A stretch of DNA of 64,000 nucleotides from positions 10,046-74,045 of IMG/VR virus record IMGVR_UViG_2562617147_000003; one strand, written 5' to 3'. The notes under the pieces were generated by a model. That model ran no database searches and was not told where the DNA came from. It saw only the letters and a list, made by a program, of their open reading frames with translations. The translations under genes and the position numbers were made by a program. The number at the start of each line of letters is the position of its first letter. The stretch's first letter is position 1. Below are positions 48,383 through 57,505 of the stretch, one piece after another. This DNA comes from a virus (taxonomy: Duplodnaviria; Caudoviricetes).

Positions 48383-49264
48383 ATGGAAGACAGCCAGACC
48401 AACGAACAGGAAATCACCACGCAACCCATTGAAAACATTGTTGAGATTAACGACGGCAAGATGTTCACCACGTCGCTGACCGTCGCCAATGCCTTCGAGA
48501 AGGAGCACAAAAACGTGCTTCAGGCGATTGAAAATTTGGAGTGCTCGAAGGAGTTTCTAGAGCTGAATTTTCAGCTCTGTAATTATTCCAGTGAGTTAGC
48601 ACCAGATGGGCGAAAATATTCCTTTTATCAGATCACCCGCGACGGCTTCGCCTTCCTGGCCATGGGCTTCACGGGCAAGAAGGCGGCCTGGAAAGAGAAG
48701 TTCCTGGAGGCGTTTAACGCGATGGAAGCGGCGCTGCTGGCCAGACGGCCGGAAGAACCGAGGCCCATTCTGGAAGAAGAGGAGAAAGCCATCTCCCCCA
48801 AGGAGCGTAGTCGTTTCTTCAGGCCCAGGCGAAAAATATCCAAGAGCGACGCTAAAGCCGTGCATGGTTTGCTCCATATGGAGTCATTTGTTCAAGAAAT
48901 GACCTGGGATGAAGCTGTGGCGCGGTTTTGCGAGAAAATGCATATTGAAAGGATTGAGGATTTGCCCCAATCCGATTTCATGGAGGCCATTACCAATACT
49001 TTTAAAAAGCTTTTTTTCGTGCACACCTGGGAGCGTCAAGAGAGCAATCCGGCTTCAGTGGAGTTGAGGGATGCTTTTCAGGGGATGCTGACTTTCTGGC
49101 GTCAGGTGACCGACTTCTCGGAGACAGATATTCGCAACTATATTCTTAACCGTTGTGGTGTGGATAGCCTGGACGACATTGTGAGCGAACGGGACACCCT
49201 CAAGGCCCTTTTCGTTCTTTGGGGAGGGATTGCCAATCATACCTTGGAAGCGCGGGTCTGGTAG
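48383..49264 (+). CDS. Rha-family phage regulatory protein
   Basis: TTSLTVANAFEKEHKNVLQAIENL, YQITRDGFAFLAMGFTGKKA..WK..F..AFN.ME. Confidence 0.85.
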   Translation: MEDSQTNEQEITTQPIENIVEINDGKMFTTSLTVANAFEKEHKNVLQAIENLECSKEFLELNFQLCNYSSELAPDGRKYSFYQITRDGFAFLAMGFTGKKAAWKEKFLEAFNAMEAALLARRPEEPRPILEEEEKAISPKERSRFFRPRRKISKSDAKAVHGLLHMESFVQEMTWDEAVARFCEKMHIERIEDLPQSDFMEAITNTFKKLFFVHTWERQESNPASVELRDAFQGMLTFWRQVTDFSETDIRNYILNRCGVDSLDDIVSERDTLKALFVLWGGIANHTLEARVW

Positions 49265-49265
49265 C

Positions 49266-49592
49266 ATGCCGGAAGAAAAGAAGCCCAAACGCACGGAACG
49301 GCTACAAGCCTATGTGACGCCGGAGGAGTTCACTCTTATCATGGAGTCCAGCGACCGGGCCGGGCTGAGCATGTCGGAGTTCGCCCGGCGTGTGTGTCTG
49401 GGCTTCCGGGTGGAGAGCCGGGAGGACCAGCAGGCCCGGCGGGAGCTGCTGAAGGTCAACGCCGATCTGGGGCGGCTGGGCGGCCTGCTCAAGCAGGCTC
49501 TGGCCACCGGCCATAAGGAGCAGATTTACGGACTGCTCCATAAGATTGATCAGCTTCAGGCAAGCCTGAAGGCCAGGATCAGGGCGCTATGA
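49266..49592 (+). CDS. mobC: Relaxosome accessory protein (MobC/TraJ-like RHH)
   Basis: AYVTPEE...AGLSMSEFARR, ELLKVNADLGRLGGLLK. Confidence 0.8.
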   Translation: MPEEKKPKRTERLQAYVTPEEFTLIMESSDRAGLSMSEFARRVCLGFRVESREDQQARRELLKVNADLGRLGGLLKQALATGHKEQIYGLLHKIDQLQASLKARIRAL

Positions 49593-51424
49593 TCAGCAAG
49601 CGGATTCCGTGTGCCCCTAAAAATGATAACTACGCCCGGCTGGCAAATTACATTGCCGCCGGGCGTGAACATGACATGCAGCAGGAGTTTAGCGATGGAC
49701 AACGGCACTATGATCCGCAGCGCCACTTTGAAACAGGTCAAGGCATTGCCGGAAACCGCATGCGTCGGCTGTCCGAATGCCGTCTGGCATCTTACTCGCA
49801 AGGACAGGAAAGAGGAGCTGCGGATTTTCTGCCTGCTGATGCACGCCTTGATCGACGCGCCGATGGCGGCGTGCGACGGCACGCTGATCTTCCCGAAGAT
49901 GTAAAACCTGAAAAATGCCTCATGAGCTGGTGCGCCGGGTGCTGGGCCGGGGACGATTACGAGCTGGCCATCCAGGAAGTGGCCGATACCCAGGCGCTTA
50001 ATACGCGCACCACCCAGGAGAAAACCTATCATCTGATTGTGAGTTTCCGGCCGGAAGATGAAACCAGGCTGACGCCGGAAACATTCAAGGCCATTGAGGA
50101 ACGCTTTGCCCTGGCTTTGGGGCTATCGGAACATCAGCGGCATTGCGGCGTCCACGTCAACACGGAAAACATGCACATGCACGTCGCTTATAATCTGATC
50201 CACCCGGAAAAGCTGACGCGCGTGGAGCCCTGGCGGGACTATATCAAGCGCGACAAGCTCTGCCGGGAGTTGGAGAAGGAATACGGCCTTGTCATCGACA
50301 ACGGCCGGGATAAGGCCCAGGAACAGGGCCTTGGTGAAAGGGCCGCAACCGTGGAGGCGCACACCGGCCGACAGTCTTTTGAGGGCTACGCGCGCGACCA
50401 GGGCGAGGCCATTCTGGCCATATTGGAAAATGCGCGTTCCTGGGAGGACGTGCATTGCGCCTTTGCCCGGCATGGCCTGGAGCTGAAGCCGCGCGGGGCC
50501 GGACTTGTGGTCAAGGACCGACATGGGCGGCACATGGCCAAGGCCAGCGCCGTGCATCGGGATTTATCCCGGAAGAAGCTGGAAGCCCGGTTTGGAGCCT
50601 TCCAGCCATCCAGGGGAGCAATGCCGGAAAGCGAACGACGCTACGGCGCTGATCCGCTTCAGAAGGCACCGAACCGGAATCAGCTCTGGCAGGAGTTCCA
50701 GGAACAGCGCCAGGTCCAAAAAATAGGCCTGGAAGATATCCGCCGGAAGTGGGAGCAACAGCGCATGGACTTGCAGCGCAGGCCCATAGCGCGCAGGACC
50801 AGGGCTAATCTTATGAAAATGGTCCGCCAGTATGAAGCGGAAGAAATCCACGCCGCGCGCGTGAACCAGGGCGCGGGCAACTGGCTTGATTTTTTGCGGC
50901 AGAAAGCCGCCCAAGGCGACGAAACCGCCCTGGCCGTCTTACGCTCCAGAAAAGAGGAAATCGCGCCGGAGATAACGCAGAGTCGCATGCAGGCCCGCGC
51001 GGCCTATCTGGCCAGCAAGACTGCAATCCTGGAGAATGCCGAGCTTTCCACCAAAACAAAAAACCGCCTCATCAGCGTCGCACTGATGGAGAGCCTGGCC
51101 AGTGGAACCACGGCCAGGATCAGCAAGCTCGGCAGTATCATCTATACGCTCCCCGATGGCGGGAAAATTTGCGACACCGGGCGCAGCATCAGCTTCAGCG
51201 ACGGGGCCAGGGAAACGGCCCTGGATTATATGACTGCCAAGTGGAGCGTAAAGCGAAGGCGGGTGTCTCTGGACAGGGACACAGGCGATCTCGTGTACAC
51301 GCTGGACAGTGGCCAGAAGATCTATGAGCGGAAGGGGCGGAATGTCTTTGAACGGCCCGCCGTTGTCCACCGGCAGCGCCAGTTGGAGCGGGAGCGGCCC
51401 AGGAACCAGGGTATGGAGCGGTAA
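49589..51424 (+). CDS. traI: MOBP relaxase (TraI-like)
   Basis: LANYI (catalytic Tyr region), YHLIVSFRPED, HQRHCGVHVNTENMHMHVAYN. Confidence 0.9.
   Translation: MISKRIPCAPKNDNYARLANYIAAGREHDMQQEFSDGQRHYDPQRHFETGQGIAGNRMRRLSECRLASYSQGQERGAADFLPADARLDRRADGGVRRHADLPEDVKPEKCLMSWCAGCWAGDDYELAIQEVADTQALNTRTTQEKTYHLIVSFRPEDETRLTPETFKAIEERFALALGLSEHQRHCGVHVNTENMHMHVAYNLIHPEKLTRVEPWRDYIKRDKLCRELEKEYGLVIDNGRDKAQEQGLGERAATVEAHTGRQSFEGYARDQGEAILAILENARSWEDVHCAFARHGLELKPRGAGLVVKDRHGRHMAKASAVHRDLSRKKLEARFGAFQPSRGAMPESERRYGADPLQKAPNRNQLWQEFQEQRQVQKIGLEDIRRKWEQQRMDLQRRPIARRTRANLMKMVRQYEAEEIHAARVNQGAGNWLDFLRQKAAQGDETALAVLRSRKEEIAPEITQSRMQARAAYLASKTAILENAELSTKTKNRLISVALMESLASGTTARISKLGSIIYTLPDGGKICDTGRSISFSDGARETALDYMTAKWSVKRRRVSLDRDTGDLVYTLDSGQKIYERKGRNVFERPAVVHRQRQLERERPRNQGMER
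49695..49904 (+). CDS. traH: TraH-like protein nested in an alternative frame inside traI
   Basis: GGAG RBS; SATL...PETACVGCPNAVW...FCLLM...CDG matches the RP4 TraH Cys pattern. Confidence 0.75.
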   Translation: MDNGTMIRSATLKQVKALPETACVGCPNAVWHLTRKDRKEELRIFCLLMHALIDAPMAACDGTLIFPKM

Positions 51425-51608
51425 CACGAATCGTCTTGCCGCGGCAGCCTGGCCAACGAGCGCCGGCGCGGCTGATCCGGCCGGCACGGCCGAGGCCTTC
51501 ATGATAATAACTTACTATGATATCTTGATTTTCAAAATATAGCGTTTCCTAGACGGCGCACATGAAAATTTTTCTAGGTAACACGAATTTCAAAAAAGCC
51601 AGGTTCAG

Positions 51609-51821
51609 ATGGACAGCAGGAAGAAAATCATCATGTCGGTATCCAGGTTCTTAGACGACCCGGCTGCGTGGTGGGAAAAGCGAAAATGGGCGATTGCTCT
51701 TGGTGTCGTCACTGTGACCTTGTTACACGCCCTCATTGACATGGGCATCATTGATCTGAGGGCCACGTTTGTTTGGCTGGCCATCTGGACCAACCCTCTT
51801 ACAGGGCTTTTTCTCTTCTGA
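51609..51821 (+). CDS. Small membrane protein
   Basis: 70 aa, two hydrophobic segments. Confidence 0.45.
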   Translation: MDSRKKIIMSVSRFLDDPAAWWEKRKWAIALGVVTVTLLHALIDMGIIDLRATFVWLAIWTNPLTGLFLF

Positions 51822-51934
51822 AACATCTTTTCTGCATTGCCGGGCGTGGGTTTGCCTGCTAGGCTGACCCGGCACGGCTACCCTCTGGCCTGAAAGCGTC
51901 GGCACGGCGCAAACGGAAAAAGGAGGGCACAGCC

Positions 51935-52006
51935 ATGCGGAAACTTGTTTTCGCTCTGCTTGTCGCTGTGGCCCTGGTCCTCTTACTGACGTCTGACGCC
52001 AGATAA
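51935..52006 (+). CDS. Type I toxin-like 23-aa peptide 1 (MRKLVFALLVAVALVLLLTSDAR)
   Basis: AGGAGG RBS, upstream anti-SD, structured 5' and 3' flanks and terminator (module ~51870-52140). Confidence 0.7.
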   Translation: MRKLVFALLVAVALVLLLTSDAR

Positions 52007-52304
52007 GAGTTGACCCCGGCCCATTAGCGGTGGGCCGGGGTCGAAAAAAGGAAACCGTGTCGGTAGCCGTGCACGGGGGCGCTAACCGCGCCGTGCCAGC
52101 CCCGGTATCTGTCCCCACAGATGCCGGGGTTCCCTTTTTAGATAAGGCAGTAGCGGGTGAATGTCCAGCCCGGCCTAGCGGGCTCAGACCCAATTTATAT
52201 TGTGCAATATAAATTCAACAGGCAATAGACTTGGCAATGTAGCCGCCCTTTAGTTGATCCGTACCCACCTTGTGCCTGTCCAGGGTGGGCAAGACACGTT
52301 AGCC

Positions 52305-52652
52305 TACCCGGAACTGTTCGTTCTTATGGGCAGCCAGGTGCCGGATTTGAGGGGGCTGTTTCTGCGTGGGCACGGGGGCAAGAGCGCTGCTCTGGGAGTC
52401 CAGCAGGGCGACGCTATACGGAATATTACTGGTGGCTTTGTCCCAGGCAATCAATATGCAAACGCGGGCATTAAAAACACTTCAGGGATCTTTCGACCTG
52501 GAGGAGCCTTTGGACGCAATGACTTCCGGGAATCAGGAGCAAACAGCTCCCCGGATGAAGTTATTCTCGACGCATCCCTACAAGTGCCCACAGCCGAGGA
52601 AACTCGCCCGGTGAATCTGGCTGTGCGCTACCTGATCCGCGCCAAGCCCTGA
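52305..52652 (+). other. Silent C-terminal cassette A of the tail-collar adhesin gene
   Basis: Homology starts exactly at TACCCGGAACTGT (YPEL); no signal peptide or RBS; ends RPVNLAVRYLIRAKP. Confidence 0.85.
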
Positions 52653-52819
52653 TGCTTGCCAAACAGGCATGGAGACGTTATCTAAAAAGGGAACCCCGGC
52701 CCCTGCGCGAACAGGAACCGGGGCTGGCACGGCGCGGTTAGCGCCCCCGTGCACGACTACCGCAGCGTTTTTACCTACGGCCCCGTATCAGGTGTAAGCT
52801 GATACGGGGCCAGCCTCAT

Positions 52820-52891
52820 CTAAGGCCGACTATCGCCCCGCAACAGCAGGGCGAGAAGTACCAGCAACACCAAGACGGCAAAGCGTCTCAT
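52820..52891 (-). CDS. Type I toxin-like 23-aa peptide 2 (MRRFAVLVLLVLLALLLRGDSRP)
   Basis: AAGGGGGT RBS with complementary upstream ACCCCCTT; module ~52681-52957. Confidence 0.7.
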   Translation of the reverse strand: MRRFAVLVLLVLLALLLRGDSRP

Positions 52892-53015
52892 GTGATGGCA
52901 CCCCCTTTGATAGTTTGCGCCGTGCCGGGCGCAGATCAGGAAGGGGGTAGCCGTGCCCGTTCCTTATATCCACATTCATCCCGCCCGGCAACGCTTTGCC
53001 GAGCAACACGGCGCG

Positions 53016-53363
53016 TACCCGGAACTGTCCGCGCTTCTCGGCGGCCAAGTGCCGGATTTGAGGGGCTTGTTCCTGCGTGGCCACGGGGGGAACAGCGCTG
53101 AATTAGGCTCACCTCAGGGGCATGCCATGCGCGACATATCTTCAGCGGGCAGCATCAGCGTAGGGTTCGGAGGGTATCTGACAGGAAATGGGATTTTTAA
53201 GCCTGTTGGTAGTCATGGCGTGGTTGTCATTAGGGGCTCGTGGGACGGCAATTGGGGGAGCACTGCTTATGGACTTGATCTTTCTGCCGGTGGTGTACCT
53301 GTGGCCAATGAGGTTCGGCCTGACAACCAAGCGGTACGATTTTTAGTCCGCGCCCGCCCGTGA
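53016..53363 (+). other. Silent C-terminal cassette B
   Basis: Starts at TACCCGGAACTGT; VPDLRGLFLRG; ends RPDNQAVRFLVRARP. Confidence 0.85.
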
Positions 53364-53545
53364 ATTATGCTCTCCGCGTGCCACCCGGATTTTTGGTCAG
53401 AGTCCGGGTGACTCGCAGGAGTAACACGAATGACCTTGCAGTCGCTGATCCGGAACCAGGTCGGCCGATTCGCTAACTCGCTGAAATTTAAGATGGTGAG
53501 ATTTTAGGCCAGTAGCACGAAATTACAAAATCCCATCCCATTTCC

Positions 53546-53872
53546 TTATGGCCGGGCGCGGACAAGGTACCTAACCGCCTGATTGGCAGGGCGATTTTCT
53601 TCAGCGGTCGGAACGACACGAGAGAGGTCAAAGCCGACGCCATTACCGGACCAAGTACCGTAAGAGCTGCGAATATCTTCAGCGCATCCGCCCGTGCGAT
53701 AGAAAACCCCACCGGCTGAAGCGGAACCGTGTTGGCCGAAACTGCCGGTTATATTTCGTATGGCGTCACCTTGCCGGACGCCCAGCGCTGCCGAGTCGCC
53801 CCCGTGACCACGAAGAAACAGCCCCCGCAGATCGGGCACCTGGCCGCCCACAACCGCGAACAGTTCCGGGTA
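53546..53872 (-). other. Silent C-terminal cassette C
   Basis: Starts at TACCCGGAACTGT on the minus strand (53860-53872); ends RPANQAVRYLVRARP. Confidence 0.85.
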
Positions 53873-53999
53873 CGCGCGGGGCTGACTGGCAAAGCGTTGC
53901 CGGGCGAGAAGAATCCAGATATAAGAAGCGGACACGGCTACCCCCTATGCGTCGGCACGGCGCAATTTCCCGGCAACGCCGGTAAAGGGGGTATCAGCC

Positions 54000-54071
54000 A
54001 TGTTGCGTCTGCTTTTGACCACGCTCGTCGCGCTGATACTCGTCCTGCTGCTGGCTTCTTCAGCCAGATAG
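54000..54071 (+). CDS. Type I toxin-like 23-aa peptide 3 (MLRLLLTTLVALILVLLLASSAR)
   Basis: AGGGGGTA RBS with complementary upstream TACCCCCT; module ~53930-54210. Confidence 0.7.
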   Translation: MLRLLLTTLVALILVLLLASSAR

Positions 54072-54237
54072 CAGTTGACCCCGTATCAGGTGACGCTGAT
54101 ACGGGGTCGAAATAAGACTGTAACCCGGTAGCCGTGTAGCAAAGGGGCGCTCACGCGCCGTGCCAGCCCCGGTTCCTGTTCCCGCAGGGGCCGGGGTTCC
54201 CTTTTTAAATAACGCCTCCATACCTGTTTGGCAAGCA

Positions 54238-54807
54238 TTAGGGGTGGGCGCGGATCAGGTAGCGCACAGCCTGATTAACAGGGCGGTTTTCCCCGGCTGT
54301 GGGTACAACTCGGGAAGCGTCAAATATAACTGCCGCTCCAAACTCTCGTTTTTCATTTGCCGCACCATAGGGAGCATAACCAGCATCAGCAAATGCCCCA
54401 TCATAACCGTTCCACGCAAATTGATCATCAAATCCAAATTTTCCAGTAATATTCCGAATTGCGTCCCCCTGCTGAACGCCCAGGGCAGCGCTGTTTCCGC
54501 CGTGCCCACGCAGAAACAGCCCACGCAGATCGGGCACCTGGCCGCCGAGAACCGCAAACAGTTCCGGGTAAACTGACGGTGATATGTTTTGTCCGTTACA
54601 TTCCAGCCAGTTATCCATATCTTCCGGATTCTGGCCAACTGGCCACGCGAGGATCATTCCGACCGGGACGCCGCCGGAGCCTTTGGCCTTAACTTCCACC
54701 CTCGTGGGATCAAAGCTGGTGGCGTCAGCGCCGTGGATCGGAGAGGACGCCAGAAGGGGCAGGAGGAAAAACAGCGCTGCAAAAAGGCTTAAAATGCGTT
54801 TTTTCAT
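54238..54807 (-). CDS. Secreted phage-tail-collar-domain protein (expression locus; currently carries cassette D)
   Basis: Signal peptide, GVPVGMILAWP...WLECNGQ...YPELF...VPDLRGLFLRG; site at 54558-54570. Confidence 0.85.
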   Translation of the reverse strand: MKKRILSLFAALFFLLPLLASSPIHGADATSFDPTRVEVKAKGSGGVPVGMILAWPVGQNPEDMDNWLECNGQNISPSVYPELFAVLGGQVPDLRGLFLRGHGGNSAALGVQQGDAIRNITGKFGFDDQFAWNGYDGAFADAGYAPYGAANEKREFGAAVIFDASRVVPTAGENRPVNQAVRYLIRAHP

Positions 54808-54834
54808 GTGGGGGCTCCTGATTGTCCAAATCGG

Positions 54835-55362
54835 TTACTTGCAGCGCAGGGTGTATTCTTTTTCCTGCGCTGAGTAGTCCAGTTTGCATTGTTTACCATT
54901 GAGCCAGAGAGTAAGCGCCTCAATGTCCAGAGCCATGTCGCCCATATCCGCGTTGAGCGAATAAACGGCAATCGCCTTGTCCTGGTCGCCCCCCATGGCT
55001 TTCGGCGGCCTTTCCGGCGTGAATGTCACCTTGCGGATGTTTTTCAGATTCACGGAAGACGGGCCATAAATCATTCCCGTATAGCGGATGATCTTTCCCT
55101 GGTGGAATTCAATCATCTCCGGGGAGGACGGGAACGCGATCTGAAGCCTTTCGGCCTTGATGGGAATGTTTTCGAGCATGTAACTGAGACAAGCCCCGTC
55201 AAAGCCCGGCCCTGTGACCACCATCCAATCACCGAAATCAGAACCCTCCGGCGGACTGGAAAAAACCTTGGAGACAGCCGCATGCGCGGACATCGGCACG
55301 CTGACCAGCAGGGGCAGCAGGAGGAATGCCGCGCAGAGAAGGGAAAGAATACGGTTTTTCAT
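54835..55362 (-). CDS. Secreted protein upstream of the adhesin gene on the same strand
   Basis: AAGGAG RBS; signal peptide MKNRILSLLCAAFLLLPLL nearly identical to that of the next gene. Confidence 0.7.
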   Translation of the reverse strand: MKNRILSLLCAAFLLLPLLVSVPMSAHAAVSKVFSSPPEGSDFGDWMVVTGPGFDGACLSYMLENIPIKAERLQIAFPSSPEMIEFHQGKIIRYTGMIYGPSSVNLKNIRKVTFTPERPPKAMGGDQDKAIAVYSLNADMGDMALDIEALTLWLNGKQCKLDYSAQEKEYTLRCK

Positions 55363-55445
55363 GGAGTCTCCTTAATTATTTTTCTATTGAATAATTTTTC
55401 AATGTAAATAATTTTTTATTGTAAAAAATATTTGCATGAAAATTG

Positions 55446-55727
55446 TTATATATTGTCCGGCCTTGGGTGCTGGGCCTCTAGAATTTTCTGCATCCGGGGC
55501 GAAAGGAGGTGTTTGAACTTCCAGGCGAGGCGGATCACTACGCGCTCCTGGGCATTATCGAATTCTCTACGTATTTGCGCCTCAGTCAGCGATAAATCCA
55601 CTTTTTTATTTTCTTCTTTAAAAGCCGTAATCATATAGCGATCCACTTCCGGGTCGCCAGAATCGTAAATATCGCCCAGAAACAATTCAGGCTTCTTCCG
55701 GCTGATTCTTTTTCTCTGGTTCTTCAT
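55446..55727 (-). CDS. Hypothetical protein
   Basis: Basic ORF overlapping the HNH gene end. Confidence 0.5.
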   Translation of the reverse strand: MKNQRKRISRKKPELFLGDIYDSGDPEVDRYMITAFKEENKKVDLSLTEAQIRREFDNAQERVVIRLAWKFKHLLSPRMQKILEAQHPRPDNI

Positions 55728-56541
55728 CGTCGATCTCCTTTTGGCGTTCTTCTGCTTTGAGAAATAGTTTGACAATGTTTAATCCTGCTTTTGTGTATTC
55801 AGGATCGGAAAATCTTAATTTGCGTTTGTTCAAGTGGAAGTGTTCTTTTCTATTTACCTTGATAAGATTGTTTTCGTTAAAATTTGTTTTGTCTCCATCA
55901 GCAAATATGATACAATATCCGTCTGGTACTGGCCCGTTCTTTTGCTCCCATAAAAATCTTTGCTTTGGAATCCACCCTTTTTCTGTTTTTATAAGGTATC
56001 CATCCTTACCAAGGTGTTCTGTGAATAACGGTTGATCAAAAGTGACTCCATTAAAAAATCCAAGGCTGTAGCATTTATTTTTCAAAATACTTTTTGAGAT
56101 GTTGACAGAAAAATATTTATTGAATTGAACTGTTAATTCATTATATTTCATATTTTGTATATTTTTTTTGATGAACTTAATCATTTCATCGGTAAATACA
56201 AATTGTTCAGGAATTTTTTTACCTTTCCCGTTATATATATTATGGTAAATACAAAAAGATTTTATTTGTCGAACTGATTTATTAGTTTTAAATTTTTCAT
56301 TAACTATTTTTGTTATTTCACTGTAGCTTAATCCTGATATGATATCTTTTATAAATTCTTTAATCTCGTTGTCATATCTAACTTTTTTACATAGTTCATT
56401 ATCAAAGCAAACTCTCTTAATAGCCCGAATAGATTTGTTTTGTCCAAATCTTTTGTTAAATTCTTTTGTGAGCTCAATATATTTCATTTTCTCTTTATGC
56501 TCACGAAGAAAGCTGATCATTTCGTCTGAATACCTGAACAT
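55687..56541 (-). CDS. HNH endonuclease (HNH_3-like) with three N-terminal helical repeats
   Basis: Three (R/V)(Y/F)xxE..F..... repeats; W..KNGPVPDGYCIIFADGDKTNF...NL; very AT-rich. Confidence 0.8.
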   Translation of the reverse strand: MFRYSDEMISFLREHKEKMKYIELTKEFNKRFGQNKSIRAIKRVCFDNELCKKVRYDNEIKEFIKDIISGLSYSEITKIVNEKFKTNKSVRQIKSFCIYHNIYNGKGKKIPEQFVFTDEMIKFIKKNIQNMKYNELTVQFNKYFSVNISKSILKNKCYSLGFFNGVTFDQPLFTEHLGKDGYLIKTEKGWIPKQRFLWEQKNGPVPDGYCIIFADGDKTNFNENNLIKVNRKEHFHLNKRKLRFSDPEYTKAGLNIVKLFLKAEERQKEIDDEEPEKKNQPEEA

Positions 56542-56546
56542 AGAAT

Positions 56547-56822
56547 TTACTCCTCAAGAATTTCAGGCAGTATCTTGTTCCCGATCAGCAGATTATTAGC
56601 CGCCACCCTGGACCGGATTACAAGGGTGTTGGCCGCTATGATCCGGCCTGCAATTCTGCTGATGGCCCTGGTACGGCCAGCTTCATTCTGAATATTCTCC
56701 TGGGTCTCTTCTTCGTCATCTATGGGCAGCTCTGACAGATGATCCAACTGCTTCCGAATCGCTTTTCTGGCCTTGCCCTGATTGTGGATAGCCTTCTGCA
56801 TTCCGTGCATTCTGTTGGGCAT
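56547..56822 (-). CDS. Small helical protein, paralog 3
   Basis: GGAG RBS; IAGRIIAANTLVIRSRVAANN...ILPEIL. Confidence 0.6.
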   Translation of the reverse strand: MPNRMHGMQKAIHNQGKARKAIRKQLDHLSELPIDDEEETQENIQNEAGRTRAISRIAGRIIAANTLVIRSRVAANNLLIGNKILPEILEE

Positions 56823-56910
56823 TCTGAATACTCCATATGAAAAGAATGAGGGCAAGGCAGACGCCGGGATCAGACGGATTCCGGCGTCTGCCTTGGTCAG
56901 GCAACACCCC

Positions 56911-57174
56911 TTATTGCCGTGTGTCCGCGTCCGGCCCGTAGTCCGCGCCGAGGATCGAGGGCAATATATTATCTCCCCGGACGGTGTTGTCCGCGGCGAT
57001 CCTTGCCCGCAGCATCAAGTCACCGCTATTGATAATGCGGTCGGCTATATGCCCCACTGCCAGCGAGCGCTTGATCTCTTCTTTGAGAGCCTCGCCCTTC
57101 AGATTTTCGTCTCCAAGGCGCTCTAGCTCGGCAAAGAGATGATCATTCAGGTTAATGATCTTGTTCTTGGCCAT
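56911..57174 (-). CDS. Small helical phage-type protein, paralog 2
   Basis: LNDHLFAELERLGDENLKGEALKEEIKRS, typical of genes preceding phage HNH genes. Confidence 0.7.
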   Translation of the reverse strand: MAKNKIINLNDHLFAELERLGDENLKGEALKEEIKRSLAVGHIADRIINSGDLMLRARIAADNTVRGDNILPSILGADYGPDADTRQ

Positions 57175-57193
57175 GAGGTTTTTCTCCTTGCGA

Positions 57194-57505
57194 TTAGGCG
57201 GTGGGAAGCGTGTCGGATTGTTCCAGGGAATGCACCAGGCTTTCCAGGCATTCGCATTGAGCCTGAAAGCATTTCTCAACGTCAAGGTGGCGGATCAGGA
57301 GCATGGGGGCCTCGTCCCTGATCTGCTGGAGCAGCATCATGTTTTGCGGGATCAACTGCGCGAGCTCTGCCTTGAGGCTGAGCATTCTGGAGCGGGCCAG
57401 CTCCGCCTTCATGGCTTCGCCGTTCAGGTTTACATTGCCGAGTCGCTCAACCTGATCAAGAAGCTCTTCATTGATCTTCTGGTGGTTAATCTGAGACATG
57501 GGCAT
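57194..57505 (-). CDS. Small helical protein, paralog 1
   Basis: INEELLDQVERLGNVNLNGEAMKAELARS. Confidence 0.6.
   Translation of the reverse strand: MPMSQINHQKINEELLDQVERLGNVNLNGEAMKAELARSRMLSLKAELAQLIPQNMMLLQQIRDEAPMLLIRHLDVEKCFQAQCECLESLVHSLEQSDTLPTA

Noticed and set aside
52254-53935. Cassettes A-C as independent full genes using the ORF-track starts (52254, 52953, 53935)
   Set aside because: Upstream residues are non-homologous, lack signal peptide and RBS; homology begins exactly at the shared 13-bp site
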